A stretch of DNA of 64,000 bases. Origin: an uncultured Candidatus Saccharibacteria bacterium. GTDB lineage: Bacteria > Patescibacteriota > Minisyncoccia > Phycocordibacterales > Zambryskibacteraceae. Under the pieces are notes generated by a model. That model made no database searches. It saw only the letters and a program-made list of their open reading frames with translations, and was not told the origin of the DNA. The stretch lies in contig CAYUOR010000001.1 in the NCBI GenBank assembly GCA_964446535.1, forward strand, positions 71,283-135,282, in the 5' to 3' direction. Shown here in pieces: positions 56,324-64,000 of the stretch (within the stretch, counting starts at the first letter, position 1; each line of letters opens with the position of its first letter). Position numbers and translations under genes: made by a program.

Positions 56324-56881
56324 TTACAGGAATCGCCATGTCTCTATTATATCCGATAGCCAGTTTTCAAGGCTTTTGGTTGTACTAACTTCGTAAAGTA
56401 GCCCTCGGTGGATAAACCAAATTTCCCAGGTCTCGCCCAGTCTCTCACTCTGGCCGTAGAAGGATGTGGCCGGCGCGCTGTCGATTTCAAGATCTTTTGG
56501 GCTATTCATCACACCTAGCGGAGAATCTTTCAGGAATCTTTCCTCCGTAATTTTTTCCTCGCCATACGGGACAACAAATATCTGGAAACCGGCTCCCGCC
56601 TCTTTATCTTCAAAGGTTATGGTGCTCGCTCCCCCGCCCTCGTCATACTGGGTAATCGTTAATCCTTCCTTGTGTAGCAGAGAGAATCCATGAAGCTCGT
56701 TTCTATACTCTTTCCAGCCTGCCGGAATTATTCGGACACCTGTTTTTTTAAATTCAAGCTCCTGGAGAAGGCCTGCTTTACTTTCACTTCTCTCGTGCGA
56801 AAGAAGAAAAAAAGCGGCAAGAGCTAGTGCCGAAAGTCCAATAACAACAGCGATAATTTTTAATTTCCCTTTTAAATTCAT
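56324..56881 (-). CDS. Hypothetical membrane-anchored protein
   Basis: 185 aa; N-terminal TM 'IIAVVIGLSALALAAFFLL'; no recognised motif. Confidence 0.3.
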   Translation of the reverse strand: MNLKGKLKIIAVVIGLSALALAAFFLLSHERSESKAGLLQELEFKKTGVRIIPAGWKEYRNELHGFSLLHKEGLTITQYDEGGGASTITFEDKEAGAGFQIFVVPYGEEKITEERFLKDSPLGVMNSPKDLEIDSAPATSFYGQSERLGETWEIWFIHRGLLYEVSTTKSLENWLSDIIETWRFL

Positions 56882-56882
56882 C

Positions 56883-59486
56883 TCATTGTTGATTCAGAAT
56901 TGCACGACCATTTAGAAAAAGAAGATTCCCGAACAAGCGAGTGTTACGCTGGCTTGTTGAATTCCCTGTGGTAAAGCTTTTTATAGTACCGACACCTGTA
57001 CCAGCGCCGTTTGTAACATAAGCGCGGTAGAAATAAGTTTGGTCTGAAGAAAGTCCAGTTATGTAGCTTGTAAAGGCGTGATTGCCTAGAAGGGCACCTA
57101 GGGTCGTAGTTGAAACCCCTGTTACTAGCGCCGAGTCGGTAGAGTAAGCGAAGCCGTGCTCCGTGCCGTCTGAACCGCCAGTTTTTACCCCGTGAAGCGT
57201 CGCGGAGTTAAAGCCAGGTGTGGCAAAGTTTGTAGTGACAGTAGGAAGAACAGTTGACTCCTCCTGCGCACTGATAGTGTAGAAGGTGGATGTTGAGTTT
57301 TGGTTGTTGTAGCCGGTTAGTATCCAGTCGGCGCTACGAGCGCTATTTGAAATCCTTACTTCATCAATAATGCCGTCAAAAAATATTGAAGAGCCATTGG
57401 AGCGAAAACCTTGTCCAAACAACAGGTTGTTGCCATTGGTTGCGAAAGACTTAAGCGTTGATGTAGCAACAGAGGAAGACGCCATCATCTGTCCATTGAC
57501 GAAAAATGTCATCCAAGTGCCGTCGTGAGTTACCACCACGTGCTCAAAGGTTCCGGCGCTCGTCGTTGTAGAAAAGGTCGCCGGCTTACCCGTCCAGTCG
57601 AAGACATAGCCGTTGGCCAATTGAATTAGTTCATACGCTTGGAGTTTTGAGACAAAAGGATGGGCGGGAAGCGAAGATGAGCTCGTGTAAAAGGCGGTTC
57701 TCGTCGTATCGTGAGCAAAAGCTGAATAATAGAGCGTTTTGCCATCAGACTCTATTGATGGGTCAGCCGTGTCGGCGGAAGCGCCGGTACCATTAGGGTA
57801 GTGCTGTGTAGAAGTAGCGTTAATCCAACCCCCGGTTGGTACGGAACCTTCAGCGGTGGAAGAAGCCAAGCGATAAACCATATTCGCAGCAATACCGCTA
57901 TTGCCATAAAATACGCGGTAGCGCATTCCACCCACTAAGGCTGCGTCAACGTTTGACCAATTCGTAGCGCCTCCGCCGTCAGGATCGCCCGCACCTGCCC
58001 AGGTTGTTACAGTCTGGCCTTGAAGGGGATAAATTTTTGCCGATTCGGCAATTTCGGTAGTGCCGTTAACACAGACTGACGTGTAGTATAGCGCAAACCC
58101 GCTCGTATCCACGGAGAGACTGCATCCTTCAGACGCACCCGAGCCGTTTGGTTGGTCGCCAGGATCAATCCAGCCGGTCCAACCACTGCCGTCAGTCTTA
58201 ATTCTTGCGATAAAAAAGTTTTCTGTTGTGCCGTTGGCCATAGTGGTACCAAGGTATACATGATCACCGGTTATCGTGATGTCTATTGGAGAATTTTCGG
58301 CAGAACCGGCACCAGCGGGCGCGGCACCCGGCTGAATCCAGGCGCTGAAATTTGTTAAAGATAGCGTAGAGGTGGCGTAGGAAAATTGTTCCACGGCGTC
58401 CGTTGCATTGCCGTTGTGAGCCATTACCGCATACCAAATGTAGGAATCATCAGAGTCAACTCCTATTGAAAATCCGCCGTTGTTGCCACAAGTGGCCATA
58501 CCCGTGACGGAGCGACTGGTCCAGACGGAGAATTGTAAGCCATCAAGTGTTGATGTGGCAGTATAGAATCTCGCAGTTCCATCAGAACACAAGGCGGCTC
58601 CATAATAGATCAGTTCTCCAACAATGACTGAATCTATTTCGCTATAGTCTGCTGTTCCTGCTGTTCCAAGGGTGGACGTGGCGATACGGTTCCAAGTTGG
58701 GTTTGGGATGGTTGCCGCCGAAGTATCGTCTGTCTGAATCCAGGCTTCTATTGTTCCTGCGGTTGTTAAATCCAAATCATTATGGTCAGTCACGGTTGAA
58801 ACATCATTCGTGCCGTCAAAGTCGTAGGCGGTGGCAATTTTGCCAACGGCACCAGCGGTTGCTCCTGAAACAGTGCCATTTTGAGCGGTACCGGCCGAAT
58901 CGCTGTTCGATGAGCCCGAGTCGTCCATATGCCAGACGCCAACATAATTTGAATCCCAAGTTCCGGATACGTTTTCTTGAGAACTTGTCACGGATGAGTT
59001 GCCATAGAACATATAAACGACTGTGTTGTCGTCAAAGTCTAGAGTCGGGATCTCAACCCAAGCAGTAATCTCGCCTGTCGTCGGAGTATATCTTTCTCGT
59101 TCGTAATCAAGCGGTGTTGAGCCCGCTGCATCGGAGGTAAAAATTATATCGTCGCCCTGAGCGTCGGTTACATTTCCACCATTAGCCGTTGTACGAAATT
59201 CGGGTTCAGTAAAAGACATTAATACGGGAAAATTAGTTAAGTTAGAGGTGCCTGTCACTTGCGACTCTTGAATAGTAATAGTTCTCCGATACGAATAACC
59301 ATTTGCGAACTGGGCTTCGGCTTTGTTAACTTCTACTCCTAAACTCATTTTCGACCCAGTGCCTTCGTTAGAAATATTTATAATCGGAACTAGGGGTGTA
59401 AAAAACCACGCTAAAATTAAAAAGGCGGTAAAAAATTTTATTGGAAATCTAATCCGTCTATCTTTTGTTAATTTTAAAAAATTCAT
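56883..59486 (-). CDS. DUF2341 + LamG-domain large surface protein (paralog A, 867 aa)
   Basis: N-terminal TM; DUF2341-like 'YSYRRTITIQESQVTGTSNLTNFPVLMSF ... DIIFTSDAAGSTPLDYERERYTPTTGEITAWVEIPTLDFDDNTVVYMFYGN'; LamG-like 'GVWHMDDSGSSNSDSAGTAQNGTVSGATAGAVGKIATAYDFDGTNDV'; second LamG-like and FN3-like C-terminus. Confidence 0.6.
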   Translation of the reverse strand: MNFLKLTKDRRIRFPIKFFTAFLILAWFFTPLVPIINISNEGTGSKMSLGVEVNKAEAQFANGYSYRRTITIQESQVTGTSNLTNFPVLMSFTEPEFRTTANGGNVTDAQGDDIIFTSDAAGSTPLDYERERYTPTTGEITAWVEIPTLDFDDNTVVYMFYGNSSVTSSQENVSGTWDSNYVGVWHMDDSGSSNSDSAGTAQNGTVSGATAGAVGKIATAYDFDGTNDVSTVTDHNDLDLTTAGTIEAWIQTDDTSAATIPNPTWNRIATSTLGTAGTADYSEIDSVIVGELIYYGAALCSDGTARFYTATSTLDGLQFSVWTSRSVTGMATCGNNGGFSIGVDSDDSYIWYAVMAHNGNATDAVEQFSYATSTLSLTNFSAWIQPGAAPAGAGSAENSPIDITITGDHVYLGTTMANGTTENFFIARIKTDGSGWTGWIDPGDQPNGSGASEGCSLSVDTSGFALYYTSVCVNGTTEIAESAKIYPLQGQTVTTWAGAGDPDGGGATNWSNVDAALVGGMRYRVFYGNSGIAANMVYRLASSTAEGSVPTGGWINATSTQHYPNGTGASADTADPSIESDGKTLYYSAFAHDTTRTAFYTSSSSLPAHPFVSKLQAYELIQLANGYVFDWTGKPATFSTTTSAGTFEHVVVTHDGTWMTFFVNGQMMASSSVATSTLKSFATNGNNLLFGQGFRSNGSSIFFDGIIDEVRISNSARSADWILTGYNNQNSTSTFYTISAQEESTVLPTVTTNFATPGFNSATLHGVKTGGSDGTEHGFAYSTDSALVTGVSTTTLGALLGNHAFTSYITGLSSDQTYFYRAYVTNGAGTGVGTIKSFTTGNSTSQRNTRLFGNLLFLNGRAILNQQ

Positions 59487-59498
59487 TCTGTGTGAAAA

Positions 59499-62042
59499 TC
59501 ATTGTTGATGGACTATCGCCCTCCCGTTCAAAAATTTCATCGTACCGAAGAGCCGGATATTGCGTGAGACATTAGAATTCCCTGTGGTAAAACTATTTAT
59601 AGTACCGAAGCCCGTGCCGGCGCCGTTTGTAACATATGCTCTATAGTAATAAACCTGGCTGGGTGAAAGACCAGTAATGTAGTTAGAAAAAGCATGATTG
59701 CCCAAGAGAGCACCCAGAGTGGTTGTCGAAACACCGCTTGAGAGGGTGGCGTTGGTTGAATAGGCGAAACCGTGTTCCGTGCCGTCAGTGCCACCGGTTT
59801 TTACGCCATGAAGATTAGCAGAATCAAACCCGGGGGTCGCGAAGTTTGTGGTTACTGTTGGCAAAACATCGTTCTCTTCTTGGGCGCTGATGGTGTAAAA
59901 TGTGGATGTTGAGTTCTGGTTGTTATAGCCAGTTTGTATCCAGGGTATACTTTGTGTACTACTTGAAACACGGATCTCGTCTAGAATTCCATTAAAAAAT
60001 ATCGTTGAACCATTAGCTCGGTGGCCTTGGCCAAACAGAAGATCATTGGCATTTGTGGCAAAATCAGTTGTAACCGTTGTGCTTGAATATTCCTGACCAT
60101 TGATAAAGTAGCGCATAACTGAACCACTGTGTGTAACCGCTACGTGATAGAACGTACTGGCGGCTGTTGTTGAGCCAAACGTCGTTGGTTTCCCAGCCCA
60201 GTCAAACACATATCCTGGACCAGTCTGAATCAGTTCATAAGCATTGCGTTTAGAAACAAATGGGTGGGCTGGGAGTGTAGTAGATGAGACCTGAAATAAT
60301 TCAGTTGCAGTGTTGTGTGCATATGCGCCGTAGTAAATATTTTTACCGTCAGATTCTACCGAAGGAACAGACGACTCCACCGCACCGGCACCATCGGGAA
60401 GACTCGGAGCAGAACTTGAGGACACAATCCATGAACTGACTGACCCACCTTGGGGTGACGAAGAAGCAATGACCCAGTTTTCGTCAACTGATTCGTGTCC
60501 ATAAAATGCGTGGTAACTAAAACCTCCGACAATAGTAGAATCCACTTGATTAAATTCAGTATCACCAGCAACTCCTGCCGCTGGGTCAGTATCATTTTGC
60601 CAACCGCTAAACCCAGTCCCGTCAAAGTTTGACCACGCCCTACCGTATGTAGAGGTTGTACCGCTGTGACAGTGGCCAGAATAATAAAGCTTTGCTCCAT
60701 CAGTATCTATGCCCACTGAACAACTTTCACCGGTTCCACCTGTCATGTTTGTAGTGGATTGGGATGTCCAACCAGTCCAGCCGCTTCCGTCTAATTGAAC
60801 GCTTCCGGTTCGAAATGCTTCAGTTGTTCCATTCAAAAGCAATACTGCAAAATAGGCTCTTTCACCAGAGACAACAATATCTATACTTGATCCTTCGGCC
60901 GCGCCAGCAAGAGTTGTAAGGTTGTTTAGAGATTTCCATGAAGCAAGTGCCCAGCCTGTGTAATCTAATGTGGAAGTTGCATAAGCTATACGAGTATTCG
61001 TTCCAGCGTCGGAAGACATTACAACGTGCCATATGTAAACTCCGTCAGAATCTACGCCGATATCACAGCCACCGGTATTGGCTGGAGTTCCAGTGGCCGT
61101 TCTTGAAGTCCATGCTGATAAGTCGCCGGTACCTAATGGTCTAGTGGCGGTTCGAAAGGTTGCCACAGTATCCGCGCACAGTAAGCCCGCAAAATATTCT
61201 GTCTCACCGATTATGACACTATCCACTCCACTCCAATCGGACGCACCAGCTCCGTCGGGTGCATTTTGGCTGACCCAAAGAGTACTAAAAGATGGAGCTG
61301 TTGAGACATCGTCTGTTCTCACCCACGCCTCAAATGTTGCTGTATTAGTGTAGTCGAGAATAGCCGCATCTGTTACAGTTGAAACATCGTTTATGCCATC
61401 AAAATCGTAAGCGGGTCCAATTTTTCCAACCGCGCCAGCAGTTGCCCCTGAAACCGTTCCGTTGTTGGCAGTACCGGCTGAATCAACGTTTGTTGAACCA
61501 GAATCATCCATATGCCAAACTCCGTCATAAGTGGTGTCCCAAGTTCCCGCTACGTTTTCTTGCGAACTCGTCACTGAGGAGTTGCCATAGAACATATAGA
61601 CAACAGTGTTGTCGTCAAAGTCTAGAGTCGGTATTTCCACCCAAGCAATAATCTCACCGGTAGTTGGCGTATACCTTTCACGCTCGAAGTCCAGCAAAGT
61701 TGTGCCTTGTGAGTTTAGCGAAAAGATTATGTCATCCCCTTGGGCATCTGTAACATTGCCGCCGTTTCCAGTTGTTCGGAGCTCCGGTTCTGTAAATGAC
61801 ATTAGAACCGGAAAGTTTGTTAAGTTTGAACCGCCAGTAACTTGTGATTCCTGGATCGTGATGGTTCTTCTGTAGGAATAACCGCTTGAAAATTGAGCTT
61901 CGGCTTTACTGACCTCTATACCCAGTTTTATTTTCTCTCCTTCTTCTGTTTGGGTAACCCGTAGAACTGGCACAACAGGAGAAAGCACCCAGATAAATAT
62001 CAAGGTTATCGCTAATATTTTTTTAAAAATCTTTACATTCAC
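59499..62042 (-). CDS. DUF2341 + LamG-domain large surface protein (paralog B, 847 aa)
   Basis: same architecture as paralog A, near-identical N- and C-terminal ~200 aa, divergent central region. Confidence 0.6.
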   Translation of the reverse strand: MNVKIFKKILAITLIFIWVLSPVVPVLRVTQTEEGEKIKLGIEVSKAEAQFSSGYSYRRTITIQESQVTGGSNLTNFPVLMSFTEPELRTTGNGGNVTDAQGDDIIFSLNSQGTTLLDFERERYTPTTGEIIAWVEIPTLDFDDNTVVYMFYGNSSVTSSQENVAGTWDTTYDGVWHMDDSGSTNVDSAGTANNGTVSGATAGAVGKIGPAYDFDGINDVSTVTDAAILDYTNTATFEAWVRTDDVSTAPSFSTLWVSQNAPDGAGASDWSGVDSVIIGETEYFAGLLCADTVATFRTATRPLGTGDLSAWTSRTATGTPANTGGCDIGVDSDGVYIWHVVMSSDAGTNTRIAYATSTLDYTGWALASWKSLNNLTTLAGAAEGSSIDIVVSGERAYFAVLLLNGTTEAFRTGSVQLDGSGWTGWTSQSTTNMTGGTGESCSVGIDTDGAKLYYSGHCHSGTTSTYGRAWSNFDGTGFSGWQNDTDPAAGVAGDTEFNQVDSTIVGGFSYHAFYGHESVDENWVIASSSPQGGSVSSWIVSSSSAPSLPDGAGAVESSVPSVESDGKNIYYGAYAHNTATELFQVSSTTLPAHPFVSKRNAYELIQTGPGYVFDWAGKPTTFGSTTAASTFYHVAVTHSGSVMRYFINGQEYSSTTVTTDFATNANDLLFGQGHRANGSTIFFNGILDEIRVSSSTQSIPWIQTGYNNQNSTSTFYTISAQEENDVLPTVTTNFATPGFDSANLHGVKTGGTDGTEHGFAYSTNATLSSGVSTTTLGALLGNHAFSNYITGLSPSQVYYYRAYVTNGAGTGFGTINSFTTGNSNVSRNIRLFGTMKFLNGRAIVHQQ

Positions 62043-63016
62043 GAATTATTTGCAGTTGAGAAAAATTGGTAACTCATATTAGATATCGCACGCATAATAC
62101 TCGCTGCTTTTTCGAAAGCAGTTTTTTCTTCTACCTCACCTTTTATTTCAACCATAACGGTTATGAGATACGGTCTGTTTGGAATATAGACCACCCCGGA
62201 GTCGCTGTATGTGTTATTGCTAGAACCAGCACCGAACTTATGCGGAAACGAGACATCGCTTGGTACAACTCCTCGCATAAAATCTTTAAATTCTGCCCCA
62301 TCAAGTAACTCCAGAAGATATTGCGAATTTTCCCTATTAAGATAGTTGGCCGTGTAGAGAGAGCGGAAAAGGCGCGAATATTCTTTGGTTGTAACTGTTC
62401 CATTTTCGTCAAAAAGTTTTTCCAGACCTATCGCCTCAACTACGTTATCAATTTCAGAAGTGGGTATGTTGCGTAGCAATATTCTGTAGGCAGTGTTATC
62501 AGAGCGAACCAATAGTTCTTCCAAAAGTTTCTTTATTGTAAATTTTGTGCCTATAGGTTGAGTATGCAGTGTTGATGACACCGGATAAATATCTTCTTCT
62601 TCAAGAGTGAGTACTTGATCTGGTGACCAAATATCATGTTCTATCGCGCCCATAGTAGCCATGGCTATTGGAATTTTCGATAAACTAGAAGGTATAAATC
62701 GATCTTCGGGCAACAGATTTATATTCGCACCAGTATTTAAGTACTCTATATAAATTGAAATACGCGCATTTGGCTCGGTTGCTACAAGCTCTCGAAGTTT
62801 AGTGCGTAACGGCTGGAGAGTCGGGAGAAAATGCTCTTTGTCTATTAAATGTCGTGATATGTCTATAAGCGGATACTTCTCTCGCGCCTCACGTATTGAC
62901 ATGCCTTCGCCTTCATAAATATATGAGTGATACGAAACACCAAGTAGCGCTATAAGCAATGCTAGACTTGCATATTTCCACTTTTTGTTTTCGGTTTGTA
63001 TTTCTTTCTCTCTCAT
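62039..63016 (-). CDS. Class A beta-lactamase-like serine hydrolase, membrane-anchored
   Basis: N-terminal TM; 'SSLSK' (SxxK), 'RSDNTAYRILL' (SDN loop), 'HKFGAGSS' (K[TS]G-like) in class-A order. Confidence 0.45.
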   Translation of the reverse strand: MREKEIQTENKKWKYASLALLIALLGVSYHSYIYEGEGMSIREAREKYPLIDISRHLIDKEHFLPTLQPLRTKLRELVATEPNARISIYIEYLNTGANINLLPEDRFIPSSLSKIPIAMATMGAIEHDIWSPDQVLTLEEEDIYPVSSTLHTQPIGTKFTIKKLLEELLVRSDNTAYRILLRNIPTSEIDNVVEAIGLEKLFDENGTVTTKEYSRLFRSLYTANYLNRENSQYLLELLDGAEFKDFMRGVVPSDVSFPHKFGAGSSNNTYSDSGVVYIPNRPYLITVMVEIKGEVEEKTAFEKAASIMRAISNMSYQFFSTANNS

Positions 63017-63018
63017 AA

Positions 63019-64000
63019 TTATGTGGTCGGCTCACCTGAACCAGATGCTGTTTCGCCTCCCCCATTTTCGGCTGGGGGTTCAGGAGCTGGAGCTGGTTCG
63101 GGTTCAGGGACTGGTTCGGGTGCCGGCTCTTCAGCGGGTGGTTCTTCGGCTGGCGGCTCTTCAGCGGGTGGTTCTTCGGCTGGTGGCTCTTCACTTGGCG
63201 GTTCTTCTGCAGGGGGTTCCTCAACGGGTGGTTCTTCAGCCGGTGGTTCTTCTGTTGGTGGAGTTTGACCGCCGACAAGTTGGAGAAGTGCCGAGAGCTG
63301 GTCTCTGTTTATACAGACGTCTTCTATACATACTTGTTTGGTGTAGACAATCTCCGAGCTGATAGCTTTGGCAAAGAAGTTTTCTATACCATTGGTGGCA
63401 TCAGCAAACCAGGTCTTTAATCGACCAAAGAGTCCCGTGAAGAAACTGTCGGCAAAGGCGCGCGAAGCATCAGTTGAGCTCGCGGTTGTGGAGGCGATGG
63501 TGGCGAGGTTAAGGTCAAGCTCTTGAAGCCCCTTAACTGTAAGCGAGAGAATCGCCGTTGAGTTTATGGTTTGTACCGAACCATCTTTATTAAAGTAAGA
63601 GAGGTGCGGACTGGTAGAAGCTGTTTCTTCTGCAATGAAGCCCCAATGGTCAAGCGTAGTGGTGCTTAGATCATCGTTATATCTGAAGGAGACGGGGCGG
63701 AGAGTTCTAACAAGGTCTAGTCCAGTATCAGGTAGCGACTCAATAGAGTTCTTGAATCTCGCAGAAGAGGCGTTGCAGGTATCTCCCGACTGCGTTGTAA
63801 TTTCTAAAGTGGTGCCGTCTATACAGATAGAATTATCTGCGCCAGTCACAGAGGAGAGGCCGTTTATCGCCATCGTGCCGTTTATGGAAAGCGTTCGCCA
63901 CGGCGTGGTTGAACTAATACCTGTCAGGAGCGAGGAGCCCTTTGTTATTGTGAGAGCAACTTGTGAGGAGAAGTTGGTTGAAGAAGCGATGTTGAAGGAC
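63019..64000 (-). CDS. Tail-fibre-like surface protein, N-terminus beyond window; S74-type intramolecular chaperone domain followed by (PPAEE)n tail
   Basis: frame stays open upstream of Met at 63873 to the window edge; 'SSARFKNSIESLPDTGLDLVRTLRPVSFRYNDD ... HWGFIAEE' matches the chaperone domain 'SDRRLKENI...LRPVSF.W...GFIAQE'; C-terminal 'PPTEEPPAEEPPVEEPPAEEPP...'. Confidence 0.45.
   Translation of the reverse strand, partial: SFNIASSTNFSSQVALTITKGSSLLTGISSTTPWRTLSINGTMAINGLSSVTGADNSICIDGTTLEITTQSGDTCNASSARFKNSIESLPDTGLDLVRTLRPVSFRYNDDLSTTTLDHWGFIAEETASTSPHLSYFNKDGSVQTINSTAILSLTVKGLQELDLNLATIASTTASSTDASRAFADSFFTGLFGRLKTWFADATNGIENFFAKAISSEIVYTKQVCIEDVCINRDQLSALLQLVGGQTPPTEEPPAEEPPVEEPPAEEPPSEEPPAEEPPAEEPPAEEPPAEEPAPEPVPEPEPAPAPEPPAENGGGETASGSGEPTT
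63050..63260. repeat. Tandem 15/30-nt repeats encoding the (PPAEE)n tail
   Basis: ggtggttcttcggctggcggctcttcagcg unit repeated ~7 times; produces spurious ORFs in other frames. Confidence 0.7.

Noticed and set aside
62913-63362. ORFs 62913..63278(-), 62985..63362(+), 62996..63268(+) with Gly/Ser- or His/Pro/Lys-rich translations
   Set aside because: Frame artefacts of the 15/30-nt tandem DNA repeat that encodes the (PPAEE)n tail of the tail-fibre-like protein
1-64000. Alternative genetic code (UGA=Gly, code 25) or selenocysteine recoding
   Set aside because: rnhB terminates with an in-frame TGA and well-conserved proteins show no internal TGA; the standard code fits all genes

Overview
The window looks like a reduced, monoderm-type bacterial genome, most likely from the Candidate Phyla Radiation (Patescibacteria). 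It uses the standard genetic code: rnhB ends in TGA, so this is not a code-25 lineage. About two thirds of the window is tightly packed housekeeping genes. These cover replication (rnhB, dnaE, a holB-like delta-prime, gyrA), translation (short-form thrS/proS/valS, lysS, frr, pth, rpsU, an S1-domain protein, lepA, tsaD, ybeY), cell shape and division (mreB-mreC-mreD-PBP2, ftsA-ftsZ, murJ, an FtsB-like protein) and proteostasis (rseP, lepB, a PrsW-like protease, Hsp20, FKBP). There are also five tRNAs, none with an encoded CCA, and an unannotated RNase P RNA with its own terminator.

Three regions are accessory-like.

(1) 15.9-21.2 kb holds a ~3 kb island of visibly higher GC. It carries two perfect-consensus sigma70 promoters, three hairpin terminators, an SPFH/band-7 protein, and a multi-pass membrane protein with an Rpf/transglycosylase-like lysozyme domain ('AECESGG...GRWQIN'). 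Immediately next to it are six tandem paralogous small two-helix membrane proteins resembling VirB2/TrbC (type IV secretion pilin-like). They are co-oriented behind an orphan membrane-anchored MalE-like solute-binding protein.

(2) 34.9-38.1 kb encodes a 1072-aa surface protein with VWA, Ig-like, tandem acidic Cys-containing repeats, a PG_binding_1 domain and a C-terminal multi-TM anchor.

(3) 49.1-64.0 kb is a block of giant or paralogous surface proteins. It contains a 2019-aa protein with duplicated ~380-aa modules and a C-terminal PG-binding domain, a ConA-like protein, two tandem 850-aa DUF2341+LamG paralogs, and a class-A beta-lactamase-like serine hydrolase. The last gene runs off the window end. 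It has a phage tail-fibre/endosialidase-type intramolecular chaperone (S74-like) domain followed by a (PPAEE)n tail.

A catalytically degenerate HisRS-like paralog is start/stop-coupled to lepB.

The most system-like candidate is the lysozyme-like membrane protein plus the six-gene pilin-like array (a VirB1/VirB2-like module with no ATPase in view), together with the peptidoglycan-binding giant surface proteins. All assignments rest on motif recognition by eye. No searches were run. CDS coordinates follow the supplied ORF track, and RNA or signal coordinates derived by hand may be off by 1-2 nt.
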